From positions 16,416 to 80,415 of the forward strand of contig JAFGFW010000021.1 of NCBI GenBank assembly GCA_016930875.1: 64,000 bases of DNA. Direction: 5' to 3'. This DNA comes from Deltaproteobacteria bacterium (GTDB lineage Bacteria; Desulfobacterota; Desulfobacteria; Desulfobacterales; C00003060). The stretch's first letter is position 1; every line of letters starts with the position of its first letter. The notes below the pieces were generated by a model. It was not told the origin of the DNA. It saw only the letters and a program-made list of their open reading frames with translations, and did not search any database. The position numbers and the translations under genes were made by a program. This document shows, piece after piece, positions 36,365 through 46,143 of the stretch.

Positions 36365-38701
36365 TTAACCCAGATGCCCATGGCCGCCCACGGGGCTCAG
36401 TTTGGCCCGGATGCCCCAGGTGGCACAGAGGCCGGATATTGGGTCTTCCACCACACCCATGAGGCTATTCGCATTGACACCTTTTCCTGCCAGGTAGTCG
36501 TCATAAGCAGCATGGCCCAGGCCTTTGGGAATGGCAATAACGCCTGGCATGATCCCCTCAAAGAGATGCACAAGTACCTTGGCCTTCCCTTTTGGTGTTT
36601 CGAGCGTTGCGGGCTGAGCCTCGGTAAGACCATGATCGGCAGCCGTTTTAGGATTGATCTCTACGAACAGATCATTTCCTTTTAGCTCTGTTTCCTCCAG
36701 GCTCTTCGTGCAAAACGGCGGGCTCCCAATAGCTCCACTTGCGAGCCGCATCAGTTCCGCAGGGATCAAGGTCAGCGGATAGGTGGCAGGGTCTCCCTCT
36801 GCCCGCACCGGTTCATAGTGTGGGAGATAGTCGAGATCCTTGCCTATTTTCATGCCGGCCTGGTCAAGGGCCGTTATGTAAAACTCAAATTTGCGAGATG
36901 GTGTATCAAAGGCGTTTTCCCATGCCGGCGGGGTATAGTCCGTCTTTTCTATGTAGCCAGCTTCTTCCAGGGTATCCCAGTTGTCTCCCACGGTTTCCTT
37001 CAACAACGTTTCATAGTCTTCCCACGAGAAGGCATCGGCCACGGTTCCGCCCAGCTCTTTTGCGATGGTCATGATGACGTCTCCCGTGTGCCTTGTGTCG
37101 AATTGGGGAGACACCACGGGTTTCAGCAAGCCAAGTATGGGTTTTTGCAGACCGATAGGCGTGGGAACATCCTCCAGCCGTTCCAGGTAATGGTGATTGG
37201 GAAGGATCAGATCCGCATGGTGGGCGGTTTCGTCCATATAGGTGGAAAAACTCACCACAAAGGGGATACTGGCAAAGGCCTTTGCCACAGCCGCACTGTC
37301 CAGCGTGGTATAGTATGGATCAGCATCATGAACAAGAAGGGCCTGGATCGTGCCGTTTTTCTTGTCGTTGACCATTTGAGGCCATCGGTCGGGCAAACAC
37401 CTGGTGAAGGGATAGCGGTCTGTGCCGGCGCCATCCATGCGAGGCATGGAACAACCGGAGCAGGCAGCAGCGTCCTGGTAGACTTCCGGCCATCCCTCGG
37501 TTAGCTGAGGAGGGAGAGTCGACACGCCGCCAGGCTTGTTCACGTTGCCCGTGAGGGCATTGAGGGCGTGAACCGCCATGCACTCATAAAGGCTCCCTGA
37601 CGTAGTTCCCTTGCCGCGGCCCCACACCGCTAAGGGACGTTTGGCCTTTGCAAAGGCCCGGGCGAGGCCCACGATCTTTGACCTGGAAAGACCCGTGATT
37701 TCTGACACAACGTCAGGGCTATATTCGGTCAACACCAAACGCTTAAATCCCGTATAGGTCTTGCCGGTGAAGTCCCCCCAATCATCAAATCCAAAGGTGT
37801 GATTTCTTATAAAGTTAGAGTCGTACAATGATTCCTTTATTATGACATGGGCCAGGCCCAGGGCCAGGGCTGCTTCAGTTCCGGGATTGACGGAATACCA
37901 GTTGTCGGCCTTGGCCGCAGTATTTGAGAGGCGGGGCTCAATCTGAACCACCGTGGCGCGTTCTTTCATATTGCCGGATCGCCACATACTGTGAGCCCTG
38001 ATGACGCGCACAGGAGAGCCCCAGCCTTCTATAAGGCCACTGCCAAAACTCAGGATGAAACTTGCCTGTTCCAGATCATACGCCACTGAGGCCGTGGCTC
38101 CTTGCATAAGGCCCAGAGCTAATTCATACGTGTCTCCAGAGGAGGCTGAGCGAATAAAATTCGGCGATCCATAGGCCTTGAGAAAACGAGCAAACAAGTG
38201 GGGCACGGTTCCCCGGTCCGAGCCAAGAATACAAGCTACGGTATGGGCCTTGCCATTGCCACGCAACTCAGCAAGTTTCTTGACCACCTCACCTATTGCA
38301 TCTTCCCACGAGATCTGTTCCCACTGCCCGGAGCCTCGTTTTCCTGCCCGTCTTAAGGGACTCGGAACCCGCCACGGGCCGTACAGGAGTTGAAGGCCTG
38401 CAGCTCCGAGGATGCAGATGCCGCCGTCGTTGACCGGGTATCCTTCTCTGCCCTCGATCTTTGTGACGCGATCTTCGACCTTGCGCACTGTGATGCCGCA
38501 GCCGCCTGGGCACAGGTTGCAGACTGAGTCGGCATGGCTGACTTCTCCTTCTGCAGGAACGGGCGTCCAGGGCCAGTTCTGAGTCCAGATGGACAGGTCG
38601 TCTGTTATCTTCCAGGGCAGGGGAGAGAATGTAATGCCTGCGCCGGCCCCCAGTGAACCGCCTATCGAGATCTCCAAGAAAGTTCTTCTATCCATTTTCA
38701 T
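36365..38701 (-). CDS. qrcB: Tat-exported molybdopterin-oxidoreductase-family subunit, QrcB-like
   Basis: Tat signal MKMDRRTFLEISIGGSLGAGAG, an N-terminal CNLCPGGCG cluster motif, and an MopB-like length of 778 aa. Confidence 0.75.
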   Translation of the reverse strand: MKMDRRTFLEISIGGSLGAGAGITFSPLPWKITDDLSIWTQNWPWTPVPAEGEVSHADSVCNLCPGGCGITVRKVEDRVTKIEGREGYPVNDGGICILGAAGLQLLYGPWRVPSPLRRAGKRGSGQWEQISWEDAIGEVVKKLAELRGNGKAHTVACILGSDRGTVPHLFARFLKAYGSPNFIRSASSGDTYELALGLMQGATASVAYDLEQASFILSFGSGLIEGWGSPVRVIRAHSMWRSGNMKERATVVQIEPRLSNTAAKADNWYSVNPGTEAALALGLAHVIIKESLYDSNFIRNHTFGFDDWGDFTGKTYTGFKRLVLTEYSPDVVSEITGLSRSKIVGLARAFAKAKRPLAVWGRGKGTTSGSLYECMAVHALNALTGNVNKPGGVSTLPPQLTEGWPEVYQDAAACSGCSMPRMDGAGTDRYPFTRCLPDRWPQMVNDKKNGTIQALLVHDADPYYTTLDSAAVAKAFASIPFVVSFSTYMDETAHHADLILPNHHYLERLEDVPTPIGLQKPILGLLKPVVSPQFDTRHTGDVIMTIAKELGGTVADAFSWEDYETLLKETVGDNWDTLEEAGYIEKTDYTPPAWENAFDTPSRKFEFYITALDQAGMKIGKDLDYLPHYEPVRAEGDPATYPLTLIPAELMRLASGAIGSPPFCTKSLEETELKGNDLFVEINPKTAADHGLTEAQPATLETPKGKAKVLVHLFEGIMPGVIAIPKGLGHAAYDDYLAGKGVNANSLMGVVEDPISGLCATWGIRAKLSPVGGHGHLG

Positions 38702-38745
38702 AGCTGTTCCCCTTAGTCGTGATCAAACACGGTGGCTTGCTGACC

Positions 38746-39465
38746 CTATTTGTGGCACACAAAACAGCCGTCATTCGTACCTTTTTCTTCGTGACATATG
38801 GCGCAGTCATCCATCTTCATCCGAGCCGGGCTATCTATGTGTACCTCGCCGGATTCATCCGTTTGCGAGTAATCCCAGGCATTTTTTGACATGCCTGCAA
38901 TGTTCCAGCCCCAAATATCCCGGCTGTAGCCGGTGATGAGATTGTATTGGTACGGCCTTGTGTGATCAGAATCCCCTATGGGTCCGTGACAAATGACGCA
39001 GTCCAGTTCGGCCATCTTCACATGGGCTGCATGAGAGAAATAGACGCAATCAGGTTGACGGGCATATACGAGCCACGGAATCTCTTTGCCTGGTTTTACA
39101 TACTCGGCAACCAGTTTGGCTTCTTCAGGATGCTCTCCTACCGCTTCTTCGTGACACTCGACGCAGCTTGCCAGCCTGGGGATCCCGGAGAAGCTGCCGT
39201 CTTCCCGGAAATAGTGACAGCCATCACACTCGCCCACCTCATCGACGTGGAGCTTGTGGCTAAAGTCTATGGGTTGTGTCTTTTCGGAGTATAGGATTTG
39301 TGGAAAAACCAGCCATCCGACAAACAGACACACCACAAGGCCTGCAGAAAAGCCGGCCAGGGGAATGAGAAACCGCCAATTTCCCGGTTTCGCTGGTTCA
39401 TGGGCCACTTCCGCCTCTTGCTCACCTCCGGCCACGATTTGCTCTTTTTCTTCTGTTGTGCTCAT
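38746..39465 (-). CDS. qrcA: Membrane-anchored multiheme cytochrome c, QrcA-like
   Basis: N-terminal TM anchor. Five CxxCH motifs (CDGCH, CVECH, CVICH, CAICH, CFVCH). Confidence 0.75.
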   Translation of the reverse strand: MSTTEEKEQIVAGGEQEAEVAHEPAKPGNWRFLIPLAGFSAGLVVCLFVGWLVFPQILYSEKTQPIDFSHKLHVDEVGECDGCHYFREDGSFSGIPRLASCVECHEEAVGEHPEEAKLVAEYVKPGKEIPWLVYARQPDCVYFSHAAHVKMAELDCVICHGPIGDSDHTRPYQYNLITGYSRDIWGWNIAGMSKNAWDYSQTDESGEVHIDSPARMKMDDCAICHEEKGTNDGCFVCHK

Positions 39466-39552
39466 GGGAACTCCATATCATCAGGTTCTAGGTTTTAAGA
39501 ACTCGAAACTCTCGTATCAGCGACTCCACATTATGCTCATGAAAATATTGAT

Positions 39553-39581
39553 CCCATACCCTGAAGCCCTGATTTTGTCAA
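39553..39581 (-). promoter_or_regulatory. Sigma70-like promoter for the qrc-like operon
   Basis: The minus strand reads TTGACA (39581-39576), a 17-nt spacer, then TATGGG (39558-39553). Confidence 0.4.
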
Positions 39582-39637
39582 GGAAAAATAACACTTTTTG
39601 AACGCTCGGTTAGGGGATGGGAAACCGTGCGGAAAGG

Positions 39638-40060
39638 CTATGGCAGTTTGTGGTTCAAGAAGAGAAATATGAATACTTGAATAGATTCGACCATAAATCC
39701 TAAGGCATAAAGGACGGCATGCTTGTAGAAGAGAAACTGCCACGCAAACAGGGCTGTTGCCGGGAGCAGAGAAACCAGCAGTATCCTCAGGTGGATTCGG
39801 GTTTCAGCCGGCCTGCGGGCTGCGGCAAAGGCCAGGAAAGCCCGGGTGACCGGCACGCTTGCTGCCAGAGAGAACCAAAACTTCTCTGTAGGGAAAAACG
39901 CCATAGGCCAATCGTAGCGAGCAAAGGTCTTGTTTACGACGAGGATAGGGCATTCGGGATTTACGAGAAAAAGGACTGCTGCGGCAACGTAGATAATGCC
40001 CATTATCTCAAGGAGCCACTTGATTCCCCTGGGGTGAGACGCTGTCTTCAATTCCCTCAT
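39638..40060 (-). CDS. Hypothetical integral membrane protein (140 aa)
   Basis: Four hydrophobic segments. 4-nt overlap with the upstream ATP-grasp gene. Confidence 0.6.
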   Translation of the reverse strand: MRELKTASHPRGIKWLLEIMGIIYVAAAVLFLVNPECPILVVNKTFARYDWPMAFFPTEKFWFSLAASVPVTRAFLAFAAARRPAETRIHLRILLVSLLPATALFAWQFLFYKHAVLYALGFMVESIQVFIFLFLNHKLP

Positions 40061-40818
40061 GATTTGGCCATTTTTTCCAGGATATCCTTTTTCAAAGCAT
40101 CAAGCTCTTCCCGCTTGATGCTCGCCCCTTTCATGCCTCCATTTAGAGCAATTTCCGAGAGATAACTGTGGCCGTCGGCAGTGACGAGCAGGTCGATATG
40201 GGCATAGGGAAATTTTCCCCGCTCCATGACATTATGGCAAAAGCAAAGCTGGTCTTTGTCCAGCCTGTAGTGCTCGCTGGTTCCACCTACCGAGAGATTC
40301 ATTCTGAAGTTATGCTCGTTTCTGCGCGTGTAGGCTTCGACATACTCACCTGCCAGAATCACCCGGACGTCCGTGTAGTTCTCAACAAGGGGCTGCACCA
40401 CAAAGGGATACAAGACGCTGTTGAGGCAAGCCTGGTTATACACGGCTTCCATGTCGTTCCATCGATGGACTCCGAAGCCGCAATGGAGATGGTCTTTTTT
40501 GGTAACCACAGGGCCGATGCCATGCTGACCATAGGTGTTTATGGCAAGCATGAGGTCAAAGCGTCTGGTGATGACTAGAGTGTGCGGAATCATCCACTGC
40601 CGGAGGCTTACGGCCTGGGCCACCTTGGAACGGGTAAGGGTTTGGGACAGAGCGGAAGGGAAGAAATTAACGCCTCTTTCAAGAAGGTCTATGCAGACGC
40701 GGTGCTTCACGTTTTTGAAGCTGAGCAAACCGATGAAACAGTCGCCGGCTTTCAGCTCATCATATCGCTCTTTTAGCTCACGGTTTGTTCGAATGATCAT
40801 GGCTATCTTCCAGGGCAA
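40057..40818 (-). CDS. ATP-grasp (RimK-like) domain protein
   Basis: VVTKKDHLHCGFGVHRW, VVQPLVENYTDVRVILAGE and NLSVGGTSE follow the ATP-grasp pattern. Overlaps the ddl 3' end. Confidence 0.65.
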   Translation of the reverse strand: MPWKIAMIIRTNRELKERYDELKAGDCFIGLLSFKNVKHRVCIDLLERGVNFFPSALSQTLTRSKVAQAVSLRQWMIPHTLVITRRFDLMLAINTYGQHGIGPVVTKKDHLHCGFGVHRWNDMEAVYNQACLNSVLYPFVVQPLVENYTDVRVILAGEYVEAYTRRNEHNFRMNLSVGGTSEHYRLDKDQLCFCHNVMERGKFPYAHIDLLVTADGHSYLSEIALNGGMKGASIKREELDALKKDILEKMAKS

Positions 40819-41731
40819 GGTCGATGAGACGATCCAACAGCCGGCTAAAGGGAATCCCCGCGGTCTTTGCCGCCAACGGAAAAAGGCTCACAGGTGTCAT
40901 CCCCGGGATCGTATTGGTTTCAAAAACGTAAATGGTGTCGTCATTAATAATCATATCAGTCCGGCTATACCCGTGACAACAAAGGGCGTTATGGGCAGTG
41001 GCGGCATAGGATTGAGCGCGATCAGAAAGGGCTTTGCTGATTCGGGCCGGACAGATTTCGCGGGTAGCCCCCTCCTTGTATTTTGCCTCGTAGTCAAAGA
41101 ATTCATAGCCGGATTCAGGTATAATCTCCACAATAGGGAGCAGTTGCAGGTCACTATTTCCCAGGACCCCCCCCGTGATTTCAAGGCCTTCCAGGTAGGC
41201 CTCAACAATTGCGTGTGATCCATATTCAAAGGCGGTGTCAAGGGCCCCTGGCAATTCTTCAGGGGTCAGCACGATATTCATGCCGATACTGGATCCACCG
41301 AACCTCGGCTTGACAATCAACGGGTATCCAGGTTTTTCGGCAAGGCGTTTCGCATCGTAAGTCTCTCCTCGCATCAGCACTTCAAATGGCGGCACTGGGA
41401 GGCCTGCCTCCTTGTACAGCCGTTTGGATACCCATTTGTCCATTGCCAGGGCGCTTCCCAGCACTCCAGAGCCCTGATAGGGGATATGAAGGAGATCGAG
41501 AAGCCCCTGAACAGTGCCGTCTTCGCCATAAGGCCCGTGCAGGACAATGAATGCCACATCGATGCCGGACGCATCGGCTACAAGTTTTCCAAGGTCGGTG
41601 GCCGGGTCATAGCGAGTGATATGGTATCTCGCCTTGTCAAGGGCTTCGTACACCTGGTTGCCGCTTTTGACCGAGACTTCACGCTCAGAGGAGATGCCAC
41701 CCGAAAACAAGGCGACCCTAAGCTTTGTCAT
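40778..41731 (-). CDS. ddl: D-alanine--D-alanine ligase
   Basis: RVALFSGGISSEREVSVKSG, HGPYGEDGTVQGLL, KPRFGGSSIG, and the C-terminal FETNTIPGMT. Confidence 0.9.
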   Translation of the reverse strand: MTKLRVALFSGGISSEREVSVKSGNQVYEALDKARYHITRYDPATDLGKLVADASGIDVAFIVLHGPYGEDGTVQGLLDLLHIPYQGSGVLGSALAMDKWVSKRLYKEAGLPVPPFEVLMRGETYDAKRLAEKPGYPLIVKPRFGGSSIGMNIVLTPEELPGALDTAFEYGSHAIVEAYLEGLEITGGVLGNSDLQLLPIVEIIPESGYEFFDYEAKYKEGATREICPARISKALSDRAQSYAATAHNALCCHGYSRTDMIINDDTIYVFETNTIPGMTPVSLFPLAAKTAGIPFSRLLDRLIDLALEDSHDHSNKP

Positions 41732-42219
41732 TCGCCTGTAAGTCCCTTCTTGGCTTCTAGGAATTCGTCGAAAGTAATCAGATCTTGCTTGAGAAGGCGG
41801 GCCAAGTTGGCGAGTTGCTCCGAACGATCGAGACCTGGCTCCTTGAGCTGCTTCATCGTTTCTGAGTTGCCATGAGCGATGGTGAGTGGTTCCTGGCTGT
41901 GGCCGAGCTTAACGCTTGCGAGTCCGCCGAGAAGGTTTATTTCTATAGTGCGTCCCTCAAAGACAGGGTCATTGAGTATGTCCCTTAACTTCTTGCCGCG
42001 TTTTTTCATGTATCTCCACGACAAGTATCCAGACCCGGCGATAAGCACACCGCCAATGGCCAGGATCCAGGGCAGATATGTGACAACGCCCCCAAACAGG
42101 AGCATGAGGAGACCAAGGCCAAGAATCAGGGTAATGTGCAAAAAAAGGACAAAATAGGCCAACAGGACACCCCTGAAAATGCTATCCTGTTGTCCCAAGG
42201 CATCGTGTATTTTATTCAT
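41728..42219 (-). CDS. Membrane protein with C-terminal SHOCT-like domain
   Basis: Two TM helices. C-terminus LARLLKQDLITFDEFLEAKKGL. Confidence 0.6.
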   Translation of the reverse strand: MNKIHDALGQQDSIFRGVLLAYFVLFLHITLILGLGLLMLLFGGVVTYLPWILAIGGVLIAGSGYLSWRYMKKRGKKLRDILNDPVFEGRTIEINLLGGLASVKLGHSQEPLTIAHGNSETMKQLKEPGLDRSEQLANLARLLKQDLITFDEFLEAKKGLTGE

Positions 42220-42868
42220 CGTTCCACCCCATGGCAGGACATTCCTCGCACTTTGGATTCCTTTTCAGGCAGAAGGTGTGCCCAAGATGGACCAGGAGTG
42301 CATGGTACTCATTAAACATGGCAACGTCAGGCGCGAGGGAGTCCAGAAAATAATCGCGAACCTCATCATAAGATGCCTCCTCGGGCATGAGGCCGTGCCT
42401 GAAGAGGATTCGTTTCGTGTATGTGTCTACGACAAAAGTTGGTTTGTCTCCAGCATAAAGCAGAATGCTGTCAGCCGTTTCCGGCCCGATCCCATTGACG
42501 GCTAGCAACTCGTTTCGCAAGGCTCCCAGATCTCGGTCCAGGAGACGATCCAGGTCGCCTCCACTTTTCCGGAAAAGAAACTCGATAAAGTGTTTCAGCC
42601 GTCGGGCCTTTATATTGTAATAGCCTGCGGGCCTGATCAAAGTCGCCAAATCCTGAACCGGCATATTGTACAGGACGTCAGGGGCCAGGAGGTTCCCTGC
42701 TTTCAGGTTATTGATGGCCTTTTTGACATTTCTCCAAGCCGTATTTTGAGTGAGAATGGCGCCGACAACGACCTCAAAGGCAGAATCCCCCGGCCACCAG
42801 TGGCGAGGCCCGAACGCCTTGTATAATCTGTCGTAAAGATCCTGCAAAATCGCTTTTTTGTCGTACAT
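42212..42868 (-). CDS. Endonuclease III-like HhH-GPD DNA glycosylase family protein
   Basis: HWWPGDSAFEVVVGAILTQNTAWRNV, an HhH motif (LLAVNGIGPETADSILLY) and C-terminal Cys residues. Start set at MYDKK (42868). Confidence 0.8.
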   Translation of the reverse strand: MYDKKAILQDLYDRLYKAFGPRHWWPGDSAFEVVVGAILTQNTAWRNVKKAINNLKAGNLLAPDVLYNMPVQDLATLIRPAGYYNIKARRLKHFIEFLFRKSGGDLDRLLDRDLGALRNELLAVNGIGPETADSILLYAGDKPTFVVDTYTKRILFRHGLMPEEASYDEVRDYFLDSLAPDVAMFNEYHALLVHLGHTFCLKRNPKCEECPAMGWNDE

Positions 42869-42875
42869 GTGTATT

Positions 42876-43244
42876 CTAGCCGCCGAAGCGCTCCACCAGT
42901 TTTTGTTCATAAAGCTGGTCTTTTTCAAGGCTGGCAGGCGTTTGACGTAGCATGTTGAGCTTCATGATAAGGAAATTCAGCTTCTTGAGTTGGCGATATT
43001 TGGCTTTGGTGTCTTCCATGCCGGCGAGCAGATCTTCGGCTTTTGCAATTTCCTTTCTCAGGGATACCTCAGGCGGAACAAAGTTGGCGTTCTTCAAGAT
43101 TTTGTAGGCGATTCGAAGATCTTCCGGCACATGGGAATCATCTTCAAGCTTCAGCGGCTTTCCAGCGCCCGGGAGGTCATCAAACATCCCGTTCCTTATG
43201 GCTTCTTCTATACGCCTTTCAGCGATTTTCTGAAAACAGATCAT
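42876..43244 (-). CDS. DUF1992 (DnaJC28-like) domain protein
   Basis: IAERRIEEAIRNGMFDDLPGAGKPLKLEDD...AYKILKNANFVPPEV. Confidence 0.75.
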   Translation of the reverse strand: MICFQKIAERRIEEAIRNGMFDDLPGAGKPLKLEDDSHVPEDLRIAYKILKNANFVPPEVSLRKEIAKAEDLLAGMEDTKAKYRQLKKLNFLIMKLNMLRQTPASLEKDQLYEQKLVERFGG

Positions 43245-43307
43245 GATTATGAAAAATCTCGAATTCTGAAGCAGCAGATCTGCTCTTCATGAAATCGCAT
43301 AGCGATT

Positions 43308-44894
43308 TCATTTATAAAGCTCCTTATCAATAAACAGGCTCACAACATCCTGATCCAGACGTCTGGCCTTTGCATGGGCCTTGAGTATTTTGCAAGCCTT
43401 TGAAACAGGCATGGCGCTGCGATAGGGCCGATCGAGGGCGGTCAAGGCATCAAAGATGTCTGCAATGGTCAGGATGCGAGACTGCAGCGGGAGTTCATCA
43501 GATTTGAGTCCTTTGGGATAGCCTGTTCCGTCGAGAAATTCATGGTGCGAGCCTGCAAACATGGGAACATTTTTTAAGGATTTCGTAAAAGGAACATTTT
43601 TTACTATATTGTATGTGTGTTCGACATGAGTTTGGACCTTCATGTATTCCTTTTTCGTCAGACTCCCTTTTCTTACCGAAAGAGATTCGATTTCCTGGTC
43701 GGTAAGGAAAGGCCTTACATTTCCTTCAAGATCTTTGTACGTCTTGGAACCTATGGCCCGAATGGTCGTTACGTCTTTCCCTGATAGAGATTGTGATCGG
43801 TTCACTTTCTTGACAAACGCAAAATCCTTTTCTATCGCCTTCCTTTCTATTTCCACCTGTTTCTCTATGGTGTCACCCCATGGTTTATTTCTGTTTTTAA
43901 CGGAGCTGTGTTTTCCAATAGAGACTGCACTCAGGGTCTTGATCAGCTCAAACCGGGTTGCAATCGTGGCCATGGTCTCATCAGAGAGCTTGCGTCCTTT
44001 GTCCAGGATACGCTCGGGAACGCCGATTTTTCCTATATCATGAAGCCAGGCCGCATAGATGAGTTCTTCCATTTGTTCTGTGGTGAAAGAGATATCTCGA
44101 AAGGGGCCCGCAGTCTCATCGTTGATGGCACGAGCAATGGCTTCGCAGTGATTTGCCACTCGTTTGGAATGACCTGCGGTGTGAGGGCTTCGAGCATCGA
44201 TGGCAGAAATAGAATACCATATCAAGGACTCAAACACGGCCTTGATATCCGCAATCAATTTTGCGTTTCGGATAGCTACTGCTGCCTGTGATGCCAGAGA
44301 CATGACAAGGTGTTCGACTGATTTCCGGAAGGGGACAACGGCGCCTGCCTTGTCCATAGCGTTTATCAATTGGAGGACGCCCAGAAGTTCTTCTCCCTGG
44401 TCTTTCATGGGCACAACGAGCATGGACCTTGTAACGTAGTCATTGCGAAGATCAAAATCAGGATTGAAATGGTACGGCACTGCCTTGGCCAGATTGTAGA
44501 CGTCTTTTATGTTGAGGATTTTCGCCGTGCATCCCACATAGCCCGCGATGCTTTCTTCTGAAAGGGGGAGAGGGTAAGGTTTGAAATCCGGCATAGAATG
44601 TGATCGGCCCCTCAGGGTGTCGTTTTGCGTCACATAGAAATAAAGCATGCCACGGTCCAGGATGTACAGACTTCCGGCATCTGCGCCTGTAAATGTTCTG
44701 GCTTCATGGACGATTACCTCCAGAAGCCTTTCCAGATTTATTTCACTGGAAAGGGCGATGCCAATCTGATTGAGCTTTTCGACCTGTTTTCTTAATTCGG
44801 CCTCAGAGAGCGCTTCCAGCCCATTTACGGTCGCATAAGGAACCTCATGCCCAACGGATTTTTGAGTATCCGCAGTTTCGACTTGTGCATCCAT
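43308..44894 (-). CDS. GAF-domain HD-GYP phosphohydrolase (putative c-di-GMP phosphodiesterase)
   Basis: N-terminal GAF-like region, then HDIGKIGVP and HHEFLDGTGYP motifs. Confidence 0.85.
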   Translation of the reverse strand: MDAQVETADTQKSVGHEVPYATVNGLEALSEAELRKQVEKLNQIGIALSSEINLERLLEVIVHEARTFTGADAGSLYILDRGMLYFYVTQNDTLRGRSHSMPDFKPYPLPLSEESIAGYVGCTAKILNIKDVYNLAKAVPYHFNPDFDLRNDYVTRSMLVVPMKDQGEELLGVLQLINAMDKAGAVVPFRKSVEHLVMSLASQAAVAIRNAKLIADIKAVFESLIWYSISAIDARSPHTAGHSKRVANHCEAIARAINDETAGPFRDISFTTEQMEELIYAAWLHDIGKIGVPERILDKGRKLSDETMATIATRFELIKTLSAVSIGKHSSVKNRNKPWGDTIEKQVEIERKAIEKDFAFVKKVNRSQSLSGKDVTTIRAIGSKTYKDLEGNVRPFLTDQEIESLSVRKGSLTKKEYMKVQTHVEHTYNIVKNVPFTKSLKNVPMFAGSHHEFLDGTGYPKGLKSDELPLQSRILTIADIFDALTALDRPYRSAMPVSKACKILKAHAKARRLDQDVVSLFIDKELYK

Positions 44895-45013
44895 AGTCTT
44901 TTTATATAAGATTTGAGTTGCGGTTTCAAGGGTCTTTGTTTCTCTTGATAACGGTCTTTGTTTGGAATAACGGCCTTTGTTTGGAAAAAATATGGAGTTT
45001 TGAGGGGAATATC

Positions 45014-45850
45014 ATGACAACACATTCTTTTGGTTACGCAAAGCTCGATCAGCCGGAAGTGCTGCAAGCCCTGTTCCATCCTCGCAAAGAAACGGGCTCG
45101 GGCCCCCCACTGAAGGCCATTGATTATGGGATCCCTGTGGAAGAAGGTGTTCGGATCGGCGCCAGGTTTCACATGGCCGGTGTTGAGGAGCTAAATATCT
45201 TGTTTTTCCATGGAAACGGGGAGATCGTCGGCGATTACGACAGCGTTGGGCCAGTGTTTAACGAACACGGTCTGAGCTTCTTGGCTGTGGATTATCGAGG
45301 CTATGGACGGAGTGACGGGACGCCTACGGTAACCTCCATGATGCGTGACACCCACGTCATCTTTAAGGAGATTAGGGGTTGGCTCAAAGCTGAAAACAGA
45401 ACAGGCCCCCTTCTGGTCATGGGCCGATCTCTTGGGAGCGCCTGCGCTTTAGACTTGGCGGCCTCCGACGAAGGAGACATATCCGGCCTTATTATTGAAA
45501 GCGGCTTTGCCCTCACAGTGCCACTTCTGAATTGCCTGGGCGTTGACACTCAGGCCCTTGGGATCACGGAGGCGGATGGCTTTAAGAACCTGGCCAAGAT
45601 CGCCCACTTTGCCAAGCCCACTCTTACTATCCATGGCCAGCACGACCAGCTTATTCCGGTGATGAGTGCGGAACTCTTACAGGTTCATTGCCCCGCGCGC
45701 AGCAAAGAATTCCATATGATCCCGGGCGCTGATCACAACACCGTCATGGTGCGTGCCGGCAATGTCTATTTTGAGATCATTAAGCGCTTCACCAACAAGA
45801 TTGAGGGAAAACGTCCCAAGCACAGCTTTCGACGAAGGTCTAAACCTTGA
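45014..45850 (+). CDS. Alpha/beta hydrolase
   Basis: FFHGNGE, a GRSLGS nucleophile elbow, and a C-terminal GADHN. Start set at MTTHSFG (45014, gagggg RBS). Confidence 0.8.
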   Translation: MTTHSFGYAKLDQPEVLQALFHPRKETGSGPPLKAIDYGIPVEEGVRIGARFHMAGVEELNILFFHGNGEIVGDYDSVGPVFNEHGLSFLAVDYRGYGRSDGTPTVTSMMRDTHVIFKEIRGWLKAENRTGPLLVMGRSLGSACALDLAASDEGDISGLIIESGFALTVPLLNCLGVDTQALGITEADGFKNLAKIAHFAKPTLTIHGQHDQLIPVMSAELLQVHCPARSKEFHMIPGADHNTVMVRAGNVYFEIIKRFTNKIEGKRPKHSFRRRSKP

Positions 45851-45927
45851 TTCCGGACAATTCATTAGCGCTGGTGGAAGGTCAGACTCGGGGAAAAGAG
45901 AAAAAAGGCTATTAGGAGACAATAGGA

Positions 45928-46143
45928 TTGAACCCGAAACGCATGCTTTGGGATTACCCGAATCCGCTAAAAGATGACCTGTGGAGGGCCAGAAGAATGG
46001 CGGAGTTTTTTCCCTTCGTGCTTGAAGAGCTTACAGAGGAGGATAGAAAGACCCTCCTCAGACGGCTTAATGAAATAAATGTTCCTGATGAGAGGAAGGA
46101 ATTTATAAGGATGGTGTGCGGTGAAAAACAGGATACTGACTGA
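45928..46143 (+). CDS. Hypothetical small protein, possible partner of the downstream AbiEii-like gene
   Basis: Overlaps the next gene by 23 nt. TTG start with aggag upstream. No motif. Confidence 0.35.
   Translation: MNPKRMLWDYPNPLKDDLWRARRMAEFFPFVLEELTEEDRKTLLRRLNEINVPDERKEFIRMVCGEKQDTD

Noticed and set aside
33943-39465. Polysulfide/thiosulfate/tetrathionate reductase (PsrABC-type) or alternative complex III, instead of Qrc.
   Set aside because: Not fully excluded. The order multiheme cytochrome c / MopB / FeS / NrfD, the separate MopB and FeS genes, and the sulfate-reducer context with an adjacent c3 favour Qrc. Deciding needs the Mo-ligand residue and phylogeny, so the qrc labels carry reduced confidence.
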